Positions 38,780 through 51,168 of a DNA stretch of 64,000 nt are shown here, piece by piece. The stretch's first letter is position 1. Each line of letters starts with the position of its first letter. Below the pieces are notes generated by a model. It made no database searches. It saw only the letters and a program-made list of their open reading frames with translations, and was not told where the DNA came from. Made by a program: the position numbers and the translations under genes. Source of the DNA: Octopus sinensis (Eukaryota); contig NC_042999.1 in the NCBI RefSeq assembly GCF_006345805.1, positions 4,712,001-4,776,000 on the forward strand, read 5' to 3'.

Positions 38780-41700
38780 TATTATTATTATTATTGTTAT
38801 TATTATTATTATTCTATGATTGACTTTTGCTTTACATTTGCACAAGCTGGCTCCAAGTCTCACCCAGAGACCTCAAGAGACAAGTTGGGAGTTCATGTTG
38901 GTGTTATGCATAGGGTGCCATATATTTGGTTTTGTACTTAGTGTTGTACTAGTGAATATTTAAGAAATCATAAGAAAATTATGTTTGTTTTAAAACTTGA
39001 GATTACATAGAAAGTATTTTGCATAGGATATGAGCAGTTCCCATGAGCACTATCTTTTGAATTTCTGCCATTTTGGGGTTTCCTGGTATCTGAGCTAGGT
39101 AGCAATCAGCCCCTTCTGCTATCATTCCCAGAGCACCTATGACAACAGGTATTGTTTTAGTCTTCAGGTTCCACATTTTGCTAATTTCTTTATTATTATT
39201 ACTACTATAATAATAATAGTAGCAGCAAGCTGGTAGAATTATTAGCAAACTAGACAAAGTGCATGGTGGCTTTTTGTCTGTCTTTACATTCTGAAGCGAA
39301 ATTCCACTGAGGTCAACTTTGTCTTTCATCCTTTCAAGGTTGAGAAAAGTACCAGTTGCGTTCTGGGTTCCATGTGATTGCCAAACTTTGAAACCGATGT
39401 TATTACTTGATCCTTGTTTCAGTTCATATTGCCATTGTCTTGAGGCACTGACAGATTTAGTTTGCCAGATTTGTCCAAACAGTTCTGTATCTTCAGTTCT
39501 TTTAACCATGAGGACGATATAAGAATTTGTTATAGGCATAGGTATGGCCGTGTGGTAAGAAATTTGCTTCCCTGTTGCATGGTTCTAGGTTCAGTCCCAT
39601 TTCATGGCACCTTGGACAAGTTTCTTCTACTAAAGCCCCAGGCCAACCAACGCTTATGATTGGATTTGGTAGATGGAAACTGAAAGAATCTCATGTTTGA
39701 GTGTTTGAGAGAGAGAGTGAGAAAGTGCATTTCTTATCTCACCTTAGTTCATCCTATGCCTGACATCTGGTGTTGGTTTATTTATGTTACAATAACTTAG
39801 CAGTTCAGGAAATGACACTGATAGAATATGTTTGAGGCTTAAAAATAAGCACAGGTTGATTTGTTTGACTAAACCCATCAATATAGTGCTCCAGCTTGGC
39901 CACAGTCCATAGCTTTGTTTTTTCCGTTTCTCTCCTCAAGCTGCCCATTATCTCTGTATTTTCTCACCTTTTATAGGAACCCTACTTTGATGAACGACAC
40001 CAGCATTAGTTTACCTTGTACAGGTAACTTTGGAGGACCAGTCGAAATCAGTATGGCACTTGGAGGACTAACAAGTATGTATACCCTGCTCTTTTATACT
40101 TCACTATACCACACAGGTACGGGCTGGTGGTGGACTAAGGGTAGCTGCCTCTTGGCAGTGTCAGTTTGGAAATTGTAGTTGTGATACCTGTGCCAGTGGC
40201 ACGTAAAAAGCACCATCTGAACATGACCGAAGCGAGTACCGCCCTGACTGGCTTCTGTGCCGGTGGCACGTGACCTACTGTGCTTGAGGAGGCCTATTGA
40301 GTCAAGTACATCAAATGGAAAATGTAGTTCTGATACCTGTGCCGGTGGCACGTAAATAGCACCATCCGAACGTGGCCAATGCCAGCGCCGCCTTGACTGG
40401 CTTCTGTGCTGGTGACACGTAAAAAGCACCAACCAATCGTGGCCGCTGCCAGCCTCCCCTGGCACGTAAAAAGCATCCACTACACTCACGGAGTGGTTGG
40501 TATTATGAAGGGCATCCAGCTGTAGAAACTCTGCCAGATCAGACTGGAGCCTGGTGCAGCCTCCTGGCTTCCCAGACCCTGGTCGAACTGTCCAACTCAT
40601 GCTAGCATGGAAAACGGATGCTAAACGATGATGATGATGATGATGATAAAACATTTCTTTGCTTAACTTCAATCCACTGAAGCTAACATAGGCAAGGGTG
40701 TGGCTGTGTGGTAAGAAGTTTGCCCCCCCCCCAACCACTTGGTTCTGGGTTCAACACCATTACGTGGCACCTTAGGCAAGTGTTCTCTATTGCAGCCTCA
40801 GGCCAACCAAAGCCTTCCCATTGTGTGTGTGTTTGTCCCCCATCAATGCTTGACAGCTTGTGTTGGTGTGTTTACATCCCTGTAACTCAGTGGTTTTGCA
40901 AAAGAGACCGGTGAAATAAGTCCTGGGATCAATTCATTTCACTAAAAATTCAAGGCAGTGCCCCAGCATGGCTGCGGTCTAATGGCTGAAACAAGTAAAA
41001 TATAAACCAACATGAAATTTTAGTGAGAGGTTTTAATTGAGATTACTTTAAAACAGGAAGCTACTATCATAGAATGAGGGACAGTTTCAGGCAAGGAGAC
41101 ACACGGCCACACATATAGAGAGGCACATCCATACATACAAACACGGTATGCAGTTGCAAAACACACATAAGGAGACAGAGGTACACCCATGCACATACAT
41201 AAAAACACAAACATGGACACGCAAACACATGAAAATTAAGTACCAGTTACGCACTGGAGTCGATATAATCGACTTAATCCGTTTGTTTGTCCTCTCTGTG
41301 TTTAGCCCCTTGTGGGTAGTAAAGAAATAGGTATTTCGTCTGCCGCTATGTTCTGGGTTCAAATTACGCCGAGGTCGACTTTGCCTTTCATCCTTTCACC
41401 GATAAATTAAATACCAGTTGCGTACTGAGTCTATCTAATCGACTGACCCCCCCCCCTCTCCATAAATTTCGGGTCTTGTGCCTAGAGTAGAAACGAATAT
41501 CTGAACTTACAACACATGCCGTTTCAGTTGTTGATGATAAATAGTCATTTACCAGGAGTCGGGGGAGGCGTCGGCTCTGGTGGAATGGTGTTATTGTAAG
41601 GGAGATAATCACTTCTCGGCCATCGTGATGGCGTTGGACGTTTGAATTTTAAATTGAAGAGGACGTACATGCTTTATCTGTGAGTTTTCAGTGAATAGAC

Positions 41701-44700
41701 ACAGGTGTGGCTGTGTGGCAAGAATGCTTCCCAGCCACGTGGTTCTGAGTTCAGTCCCACTGCATGGCACCTTGGGCAAGTGCCCTCGACTATAGCCTGG
41801 AGTGGATTTGGGACACTGAAACTGAAAGAAGCTCAGCGTGTGTCTGTGTGTGTGTTTGTTTCTGTGTTGGTCCCATACCACTGCTTGACAACCGGTGATG
41901 GTATGTTTATGTCCCTATGACTTAGTGGTTCAGCAAAAGACACCAATAGAACAAGTACCAAGCTTAAAGGAACAAAAAAAAAAGTACCAGGGTGAATTCG
42001 TTCTTCTAAAATTCTTCAAGACATGTTGCAGCATGGTTACAGTCAAAGAACTGAAACAATCTTAAAAAAATAAAATGTGTGTGTATATGTTTTTGTGTAT
42101 GCAGGACCAGCTCAAGGCACCCACAACTCGGGCAGTTGCCCAGGGTGACATGTTCTAGGGGTTACCAAGGAGGGCGTGACAAATACAAGGGAATTTCTAT
42201 GATTGTCAGCTTGTACGTGCTGATGTTTGAAGGCTTGGTACTTTCTCTATCAGCAGGGCCAGCTCGTGGTACTGGCAACTTGGGCAGTTGCCCAGGGTAC
42301 TATGTTCTAGGGGTTACCAAGGAGGGCGTGACAAATACAAGGAAATTTCCACAACCGTCAGCTTGGTCTCATGCCACTGCTTGACATCCAGTGTTGGTAT
42401 GTTTATGTTCCCATGACTTAGTGGTTCGGCAAAAGACACCAATAGAACAAGTACCAAGCTTAAAGAAAAAAAAGCTTGTACATGCTAAAGTTCTGCTTGC
42501 CTGTGGTGCCAGCAACCCTAGGGCCAGTCCTGTATGTGTGCATGTTTGTTGTAAGCAAGTGTCGTCATCACACAAATGGTGCTTTTTACGTGCCACCTGC
42601 CCAGGAGCCAGTCCATCAGCACTGGCAACAACCTCGCTCGAATGTTTCACGTGCCACCAGCACAAGTGCTAGTAAGGTGACATGGTAACAATCACGCTCG
42701 AATGGCATGTTTAACGTGCCATCAGCATGAAGGCCAGCTTGTTGCTCTGGCAACGAACTCACTCGTATGGTACTCTTAGCACCCCTCTAGCAACGGATGC
42801 CAGTCACCGAGTTTGATTTCGACTTCGATTTCACTTGCCTCAACTAGTCTTTGCAAGCAGTATCAGCTAAATTTCATTTCCTCCAAGAGTGTTTGTTGGC
42901 TGGGTCTGAGGTGATGACTGGTTGAGTTGATGAATGGAAAAGTGTTTCTTGGGCTGCATGAACCAGCAACACTTGCAAACATTTAACAGAAGATCTTATT
43001 GTTACCCATATTGTTAACCTGTGTCGGTCTTTTATAAATAACAACAGCAATAATTACATACTGAAAGGGAGATATTTCTTTATTAACCAATAAAGGTTTT
43101 ACATAGAGGGGACAATACAAGGACAGACAAGGGACATTCAGGGTACAAACTCGCTTCTTACATACAGTGTGAAAAACCGGATGGATTTACATATATTGTG
43201 AATGAGGGTTAAAAATATAAATATAAATGATGTTTGGATGAGTTTTGGGTCCAGGTTAGTGAGTTAACCCGCTGGTTGGTTATCCCTTTTTGGTAATCTT
43301 TTTCCTTCCTTTTATGCTCCGACCGACCGTGCAAGCACAGCCTCGTGCATTCTCATCTTTCTTGCCACTGTCGTCCATCTTTTTCCAAACGCTCTTTGCG
43401 GCAGGCTCCTCCTCTCCAGATGGGCGGAAAAGTAATTCACCAGCCCACGTCTGGAGATGAATTGACCTGTCGCAATCCCTTTTGCTCGATTCCTTTGAGT
43501 TGACAAGTTTATTGATACAGCAATCTGTAGCTGGCCCACCATAACGGGAAACTATTGTGCTATGTTTGTGGCAACAGAGATTCCTGTCGTCTGTCTGTGG
43601 CAAGAATGGAGACACATTACGCAGCTGCCTCAACATTCTGCCTGGCAAGAGGTGAGAGGTGTGAATGAGTCTGAACACTCTGCAAAGAGTTAAGACGGCA
43701 GGACAAGTGAGTCCATAACCCGTGACCTTTGCCAGGGATGTAGCCAGCCCACTTATGCATACCTTTTCTTCTTTGGACACAAAACTTTGCTTGCGAAGAC
43801 CTGTGAAATCGAAATTGAATTTGAAATCAAACCACATCCGATGACTGCCACCCATGCCAACCTCCCTTCATTGGACACTAAACTCTGCTTGCAAAGACCT
43901 GTTGGGGCAAGTGAAATCGAAATTGAACCAAATCCTATGACTGGCACCCGGCTGTTGCCAGTGTCGCTGGACTGACTCCTGTGCAGGTGGCAGGTAAAGA
44001 AACGCCGTTTCGACCCTGTGCTTAAGGAGACCTATTGAGTCAAGTACATCAACATCAAAAATCAATGGAAATTGTAGTTGTGATCCCTGTGCCGGTGGCA
44101 CATAAAAAGCACCATCCGAACGTGGCCAATGCCAGCACCGCCTTGACTGGCTTCCATGCCGGTAGCACGTAAAAAGCACCAACTGATCGTGGCCATTGCC
44201 AGCCTCGCCTGGAACCTGTGCCGGTGGTACGTAAAAAGCACACACTACACTTATGGAGTGGTTGGCATTAGGAAGGGCATCCAGCTGTAGAAACATTGCC
44301 CAATCAGACTGGAGCCTGGTGCAGCCTTCTGGCTTCCCAGACCCCGGTCGAACCATCCAACCCATGCTAGCATGGAAAACGGACGTTAAACGATGATGAA
44401 AGTGGTTTTGTATGGGATGCAAGCAGAAAATTCTAGAAGGTTGAATCGTGCAATGGCTTGGTGCTGATTGGTTGCTTCATCAACCAATCATGTGACGTTA
44501 TCAGGGTTCAGTCATTATGTCTGACCAGTTAGCAATTATGCTAAAACTCTTAGAAAAGGCTTGAACCTCCTTTTTCGTTTTTTCCTCTGGTTATTGCAAT
44601 TACAAGTTTGCCTGCTTTCTAGTCTTTCTGTTAAAGATTTCTTCTCTTCGTAATCATTTAAAAACTTTACTTTTCTGTTTTTATCTGCAGATAATAATGT

Positions 44701-47700
44701 GAAGAATGCCACTGCTTTTATCATCACTTTTATTGTCAACAACTATCTTGATGATGGTAAGATTGCCAAAGCAGCTGCATGGGAGAAAAAATATATTGAC
44801 TTTCTGAAAAATTATTCCAATCCAAATATGACAATCTCTTTCTCTGCAGAGGTAATTAATATCTTCAAAGTTTTAACCATGATTTAACCAATTAAAATTA
44901 TTGTGATGGATTTAAAAATTATCCAGATTTGACTTGAATATATGGGCTTACCGAATCCTAAGATTGTCTAAAACAAATGTATGTAGCTACATTATACAAG
45001 TGCTGCTGTGTGGTTAAGAAGGTTGCTTCCCAGGTTCAATCCCATTGCATGGTACTTTGGGCAAGTGTCTTCCACAGTAGCCGTAGGTCGATGAAAGCCT
45101 TATGCGTGTATGTTTGTGTACGTGTGGGTGTGTTTCTTTGTATCTTCTTACCTTGACATTGCCTGATAGTTGTAAATGAGTGTTGATGTCACAGTATTCT
45201 GGAAATATTACCTTGCTTGGAAACAGGTGAGGATTGGTGACAGAAAGGCCATCCAGCCATAGAAAATCTACCTCAACAGATTCCATCTGACCCATGCAAG
45301 CACAGAAAAGTGGACATTAAAATGGTGATGATGTTCAGTTATAAAAAAATCTGTTGTTAGTTTTGGTATGCTCATTAGTAATTGGTTATTAAAGATTCTA
45401 ATTAAGGTAGATTCTGAGGCAGTGTTTATAATTCTGACCTTGTGGACACCACTGGATTGAATGATACTGCCCAGCCCATGTTTCAAAACCATAATGATGT
45501 CTGTTTGGGCGGCTGATGATGGGAATGCTCATGTGTTATGCTTGTTTATGAATTTCTCATATCTTAGTCTCATTATTCTGGGTTCACAAGATCACGATGT
45601 GGTTTCAATTCATGGGCTGGGCAGTGTGTTGCATTCTTGAGCAAAACACTTTATTTCATGCTGCCCCTATTCATTTCAATGTAAATGAGTTCACCCCGCA
45701 ATGGGCTAGTATCCTATCCAGGGGGACATGTGATCTCAGTCATTTACATGCCATGGAATCTGGATAACTGACCCTATAAGTCCCAGGACTCAAGACTAAT
45801 GCCTAAGGGATGAAAGTTTTTAACAAGGAAGCTCTTATTCACAAAATCTTATATATTTTTTAAAATGTCTTCTAATTAAAAAACTAATTTCTGAATTTTT
45901 TTCTCTCTTTTTTTCGCAGCGTTCCATTCAAGACGAGCTAGAACGTGAAAGTGAATCTGATGTCAGCACCATTCTGATCAGTTATATAATCATGTTTATC
46001 TACATCTCCTTGGCTCTTGGACAGTTCCGCAGTGTCAGAACAGTCTTTGTGAGTTGTATTTTCATTTATATAATTAGTCTTTGGTACCAATGACTAATTT
46101 AGTTATATAGTAAATGCAAGCATGACAGTGTGGTTGAGAAGCTTGCTTCCTAACCAAATGGTTTTGAGTTCAATCCCTCTGTGTGGCCCCCTTGGACAAG
46201 TGTCTTCTATTATAGTCTTGGGCCTACCAAAACCTTGTGAGTGGACTTGGTTGATGGAAGCTGAAAGAAGCCTGTTGTGTGTGTATGTGTCTCCTTGTTT
46301 TGCCATCACATGACTCTTGTACATGAATGCCATTCATTTTCAATATTGATGTGAAAATATGTCTGACCATGGGGAAATATCTTACTTCTTGGAAGCAAGC
46401 AAGGGTTGGCAACAGGAAAGGCATCCAACCCAGTCATAGAAAATCAGCCTCAGCAAACCCCATCTAACTCCTACAAGTATGGAAAAGAGGATGTTAAAAT
46501 GATGACAATGATGATGATGATGATGATCATAATAAACAACATCTGAGCCAGTTCCACTGGAAAAAGCACTCAGTTCACTCTGTAAAGTAGTTGGTGCTAA
46601 GGAGGGCATCTCACCATAGGAACCATGCCAAAGCAGACTACCAGAACTTGGTTCAGGTCTCCATCTTGCCATCTCCAGTCAAACTGTCCAACTCATGCCA
46701 GCATGGAAAACAGATGTTGACTGATGATGATACTAGTTTGTTTTCTTTTATACTAAGTTTGCTTAAGGCAGTGAGTTGGCAGAATCGTTAGCACACCGGG
46801 CGAAATGCGTAGCCGTATTTCGTCTGCCGTTACGTTCTGAGTTCAAATTCCACCGAGTCCGACTTTGCCTTTCATCCTTTCGGGGTCGATAAACTAAGTA
46901 CCAGTTACGCACTGGAGTCGATGTAATCAACTTAATCCGTTTGTCTGTCCTTGTTTGTCCCCTCAATGTTTAGCCCCTTGTGGGTAGTAAAAGAAACATA
47001 TACTAAGTTTGGTTTCTGTTTTCAGGTTGATTCCAAAATTACCCTTGGTCTTGGAGGAGTTGTCATTGTGTTTCTGTCTGTGATGATGTCTCTTGGCATC
47101 TTCAGCTACATTGGTCAGCCAGCCACCCTTATCATTATTGAGGTCGTACCATTTTTAGTTCTGGCTGTCGGAGTTGACAACATCTTTATTCTTGTACAAG
47201 CATTACAGGTAAGTGACCGTTCTTGTCACTCGACAACTCATGGGATTTAAATCAATGTCTCTTTCAGATATTTGCACCAACATCTGCATTTCTTCATGTT
47301 TCCTTTTTTGGATTTGGTTTGCAAGATTCTTTATATGAGTTTGTGTGTTGAAGCATATTCTGTTGTGTCTGGGGAGAGTAATTTTCTTTTTGTGCCTTAT
47401 AATGTAACACACTCACCGGTAAAATTTCCACTTATTTCTTATTTTTATTTTCCTAAAATTTTTGTTGCATTTTGCAACCTTTTCAATAGTCTTGACTCTC
47501 AAGATGCAACAAAAATTTTAGGAATATAAAAATAAGAAATAAGTGGAAATTTTGCCGGTGAGTGTGTTACATTATAAGGCACAAAAAGAAAATGACTCTC
47601 CCCAGACAACAGAAATTATTCCTGTTACAGATTTACTGTTTTCATACCAACCCACTTTTAAAATTTGCCCTTCATTTTATGCTATAAACTTGTGTTAAAG

Positions 47701-49892
47701 TGATTTAAATTAAAACCCTCCATCAAAATTTCATATAAACTTAAGTTTGAAACACCAGCTTAACCCTTTTGCATTTGGATATTCTGTCAAATGGAATGCA
47801 GCACAGAATTTTGTCAGTGAACAGGTCGCAGTCTTAAAGCGCCGAAAATATTTTGACAAATTAAATTTAAATGTTGAAGTGAATCTAACGGTTTTTGTGT
47901 GTTTCTTAAATGGCTTGTAAACACCTTCCACGCTGCAATTGTTTTCGTTCCAGCACACGATCTCAGATCAGGTCACTTGCTCTGCAAGTACATCTCCGGA
48001 ATGCTTATTCATTTTAAATTAATCATGCATTATCTTGTAGTTTTAAGATGTTGATGATGTGACAGCTTATTTTTAGAATGACATTGTTGAGTAGATGTGA
48101 GGGGCCAGACTTGGCCAGTTTTAATACTAAAGGGTTAATAGTGACAAAATTATTTTACTGATTTCTTTGTTATTTTCAAAACTGATTGAAACAAAAGTCT
48201 TTTTATAGAAACTTACCACTTTTAATGAAGTTGAACTTCGTTTATGGCTCCTCTCTGTGATTTTAACTTGAATTCTCTTCACTAACTTCACGTCCACATT
48301 TCTGATTGTGGATGAAAATTCCATGCTAAATGAAAGATTTCCTTGTGCCTACAGTAGCAGGAGCTGGCGAAATTGCATTGAATGGCTCTGCCTGAAAAGT
48401 CAGACTTTGCTCCTTGCCATGGCAAAATAAACTTGTTCCACTTTGTGAAGTTTTGAGTGCAAACAGATAGCCTAAGTCTGAGAATATTGGGCCTCACAGA
48501 TCAAATGGCACGGAGTCTAGGTTCTGTGTAGTAGACTGGCTCAGTCCTATCATGGCTCAGACTCAGTCATGATCCCTGGAACACATAAGGCCAAATCTTA
48601 AACTGGTCTTCATGGTGTGGAAGTGACTGGAAGTACATCTCCCCCTTCATGAGACGCATGTCCATCACAGGCTTAACTTACCAGTTCGTTCCATGGTTGC
48701 TCATTAACAGCTGAGTGGACTGGAGTAGCAATATGAAATGAAGTGGTTTGCTCAAGGACACAGTACATTGCTCAGTCTATGAAATGAAACCGTGATTTTA
48801 TGATTGTGAGTGCCACACTTTCACCACTTGGCCACTTGCTTTCACATCCTGAATTTAAAAAAGAGCAGACCTTAAAATAATGGTGAAAATATCGTTGTGT
48901 AAATACAGCTGTCATAGGTCACTTAAACTTGAAATTTGTTTTGTCCTTTTAGCGTGATGTAGGTGACCCAGATGAAATGTTTGAGTGCAAAATTGGAAGA
49001 ATTGTTGGTAAAATTGGTCCAAGTATGCTACTTACTAGTCTTTCTGAATCGGTAGCTTTCTTATTAGGTAAGTGTAATTAAAACATATTAATTGCTGTAG
49101 TATCTTGAAAGAATCATATTAACTGATTAGAAAAGATTGAGTTTTTGAGGGACTGGGTGTTATTCTCCACCTTAGTCTTTGAATCTTGAAGCTGGCTAAG
49201 TGGATAGGTAAGCAAAGGGTTGAGGGTTCGTTATCCAGTTGTTGTTGTTTTTTTTTAACCATTACTACATTTCTTTTCTCCCCTGAACCTGCTAGTTGTA
49301 CACAAGCCTTGCCCATCCCTTCTGAGGCACATATTTCTCTTTTTGTCATACCTCAACAATCTTGTCAGCCTTGCAAGAGTTTTGAGGGGAGGTGCATTGA
49401 TTCCCTTGTAGTTGACTGTTGCTTTATGTTATTGACCCCAGAGAGATAAAGCAAAGTTGTTTCCAGCAGTTTTTCAACTCAGACTGGGAAGAACTCTATG
49501 TAAATATCATAAGGCAGTTTGGTGACATGCTAATCATCCTACCAATTCATTAATAATCGTTTCTACTATAGACACAGGGCCTGAAATTTTGGAGAAGGAA
49601 CTAGTCAATTATATTGACCCAAGTGCTTCACTGGTACTTAATTTATTGATCCCCAAAAGTATGAAAGGCAAAGACTACCTCAGTGAAGTTTGAACTCAGT
49701 ACACCAGCTTTGCACCTTCTGCCAATCCATTCATAATAGTTGCGTCTAATAATCATTTCAAGACCTTAAATTTGAAGAATAGAATTAGTCTGTACCAGTG
49801 GTTCCCAACCTTTTCACTGCCAAGGACCCCTTTTATTTAAATGAGTTTTCCCACAGACTTCTTTTGATATGTTTTTCCTTTGTATGTATGTA

Positions 49893-49941
<49 letters not shown>

Positions 49942-51126
49942 GAAATGAAGAAAATGCTGACAAAATAATTTAAGTAAGGGAGAGTGTATTTAATTAGGTG
50001 AAAGTTCTTGTTACCGGTTGCGCATTTGTTATGCTTATCAAAGGATATTTTTTTAAGAGAGATACTTTGATACTTTGATAGGTTTCGGCCATTATTGGCC
50101 CAGGCCATGTCCAACTTAATAGCGTTCCTTTCTGATAGATTTTTTTCTCTTATCTGATAAGAGAAAAAAATCTATCAGAAAGGAACTCTATCTCCCTTAA
50201 AAAAATATCCTTTGATAAGCATAACAAATGCGCAACTGGTAAAAAGAACTTTCACCTAATTAAATACACTCTCCCTTACTTAAATTATTTTGTCAGCATT
50301 TTCTTCATTTCCTTTTTTTATATATCACAACTCGTGTTCCACATCTCCTTTTTTAAATATATATATATATATATATATGAGGTATAAGGATTTGCTGAAG
50401 GCTGCCTTAAGAGATGCTTGCATCTCTCTTGACACATGAGAGGGCATAGCTATTGATCGTAGCAGGTGGAGAAGGATTGTGCATGAGGGGACAGCTACTT
50501 TTGAGAAATCTCGAGTTGCGCATGAGAAAGAAAGGAGGGATGTCAGGAAGGCATTACTGTTACACTTCCAGATGGGAAGGGTTTTCCTATGATGCTGACA
50601 TACAGTGTCTGTGCAAGACCCTGCCTCAGTAAAGCTGGACTCAAGAGTCATCTTCGTAGTCATAAAGCGAGACAGATGAGTGACAACCTGGCCCCTGGTG
50701 GTGGTGTTACACACCATACTAATCATATCTGTCAGGCATGTGGAAGAGAGTGTAATTCGGCAGGAGGACTTAAATGACATGCAAAGGTACATGAAGCTCA
50801 GTTACAACTACAGCTGGCTTCTGCTGGTAAAGGTTTTAGCTGCCAATTCTGTACAAGTCACTTTCGATCACAGCACCAGTAACAGTTAAGCTTCGTGCAA
50901 TGGCCATACTCGATAATGAGGGGGCAGCCATCATATATATATATATATATATATACATATATACGACAGGCTTCTTTCAGTTTCCGTCTACCAAATCCAC
51001 TCACAAGGCTTTGGTTGGCCTGAGGCTATAGCAGAAGACACTTGCCCAAGGTGCCACACAGTGGGAGTGAACCTGGAACCATGTGGTTGGTAAACAAGCT
51101 ACTTACCACACAGCCACTCCTGCACC

Positions 51127-51168
<42 letters not shown>

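Noticed and set aside
39003-39539. 178-aa minus-strand ORF as a gene
   Set aside because: Only the last ~60 aa are LINE-like; the rest reads through a SINE fragment and microsatellite
43280-43855. 191-aa minus-strand ORF as a nested gene
   Set aside because: It spans the antisense of an RTE 3' UTR joined to a frameshifted LINE fragment; chimeric and without a coherent product
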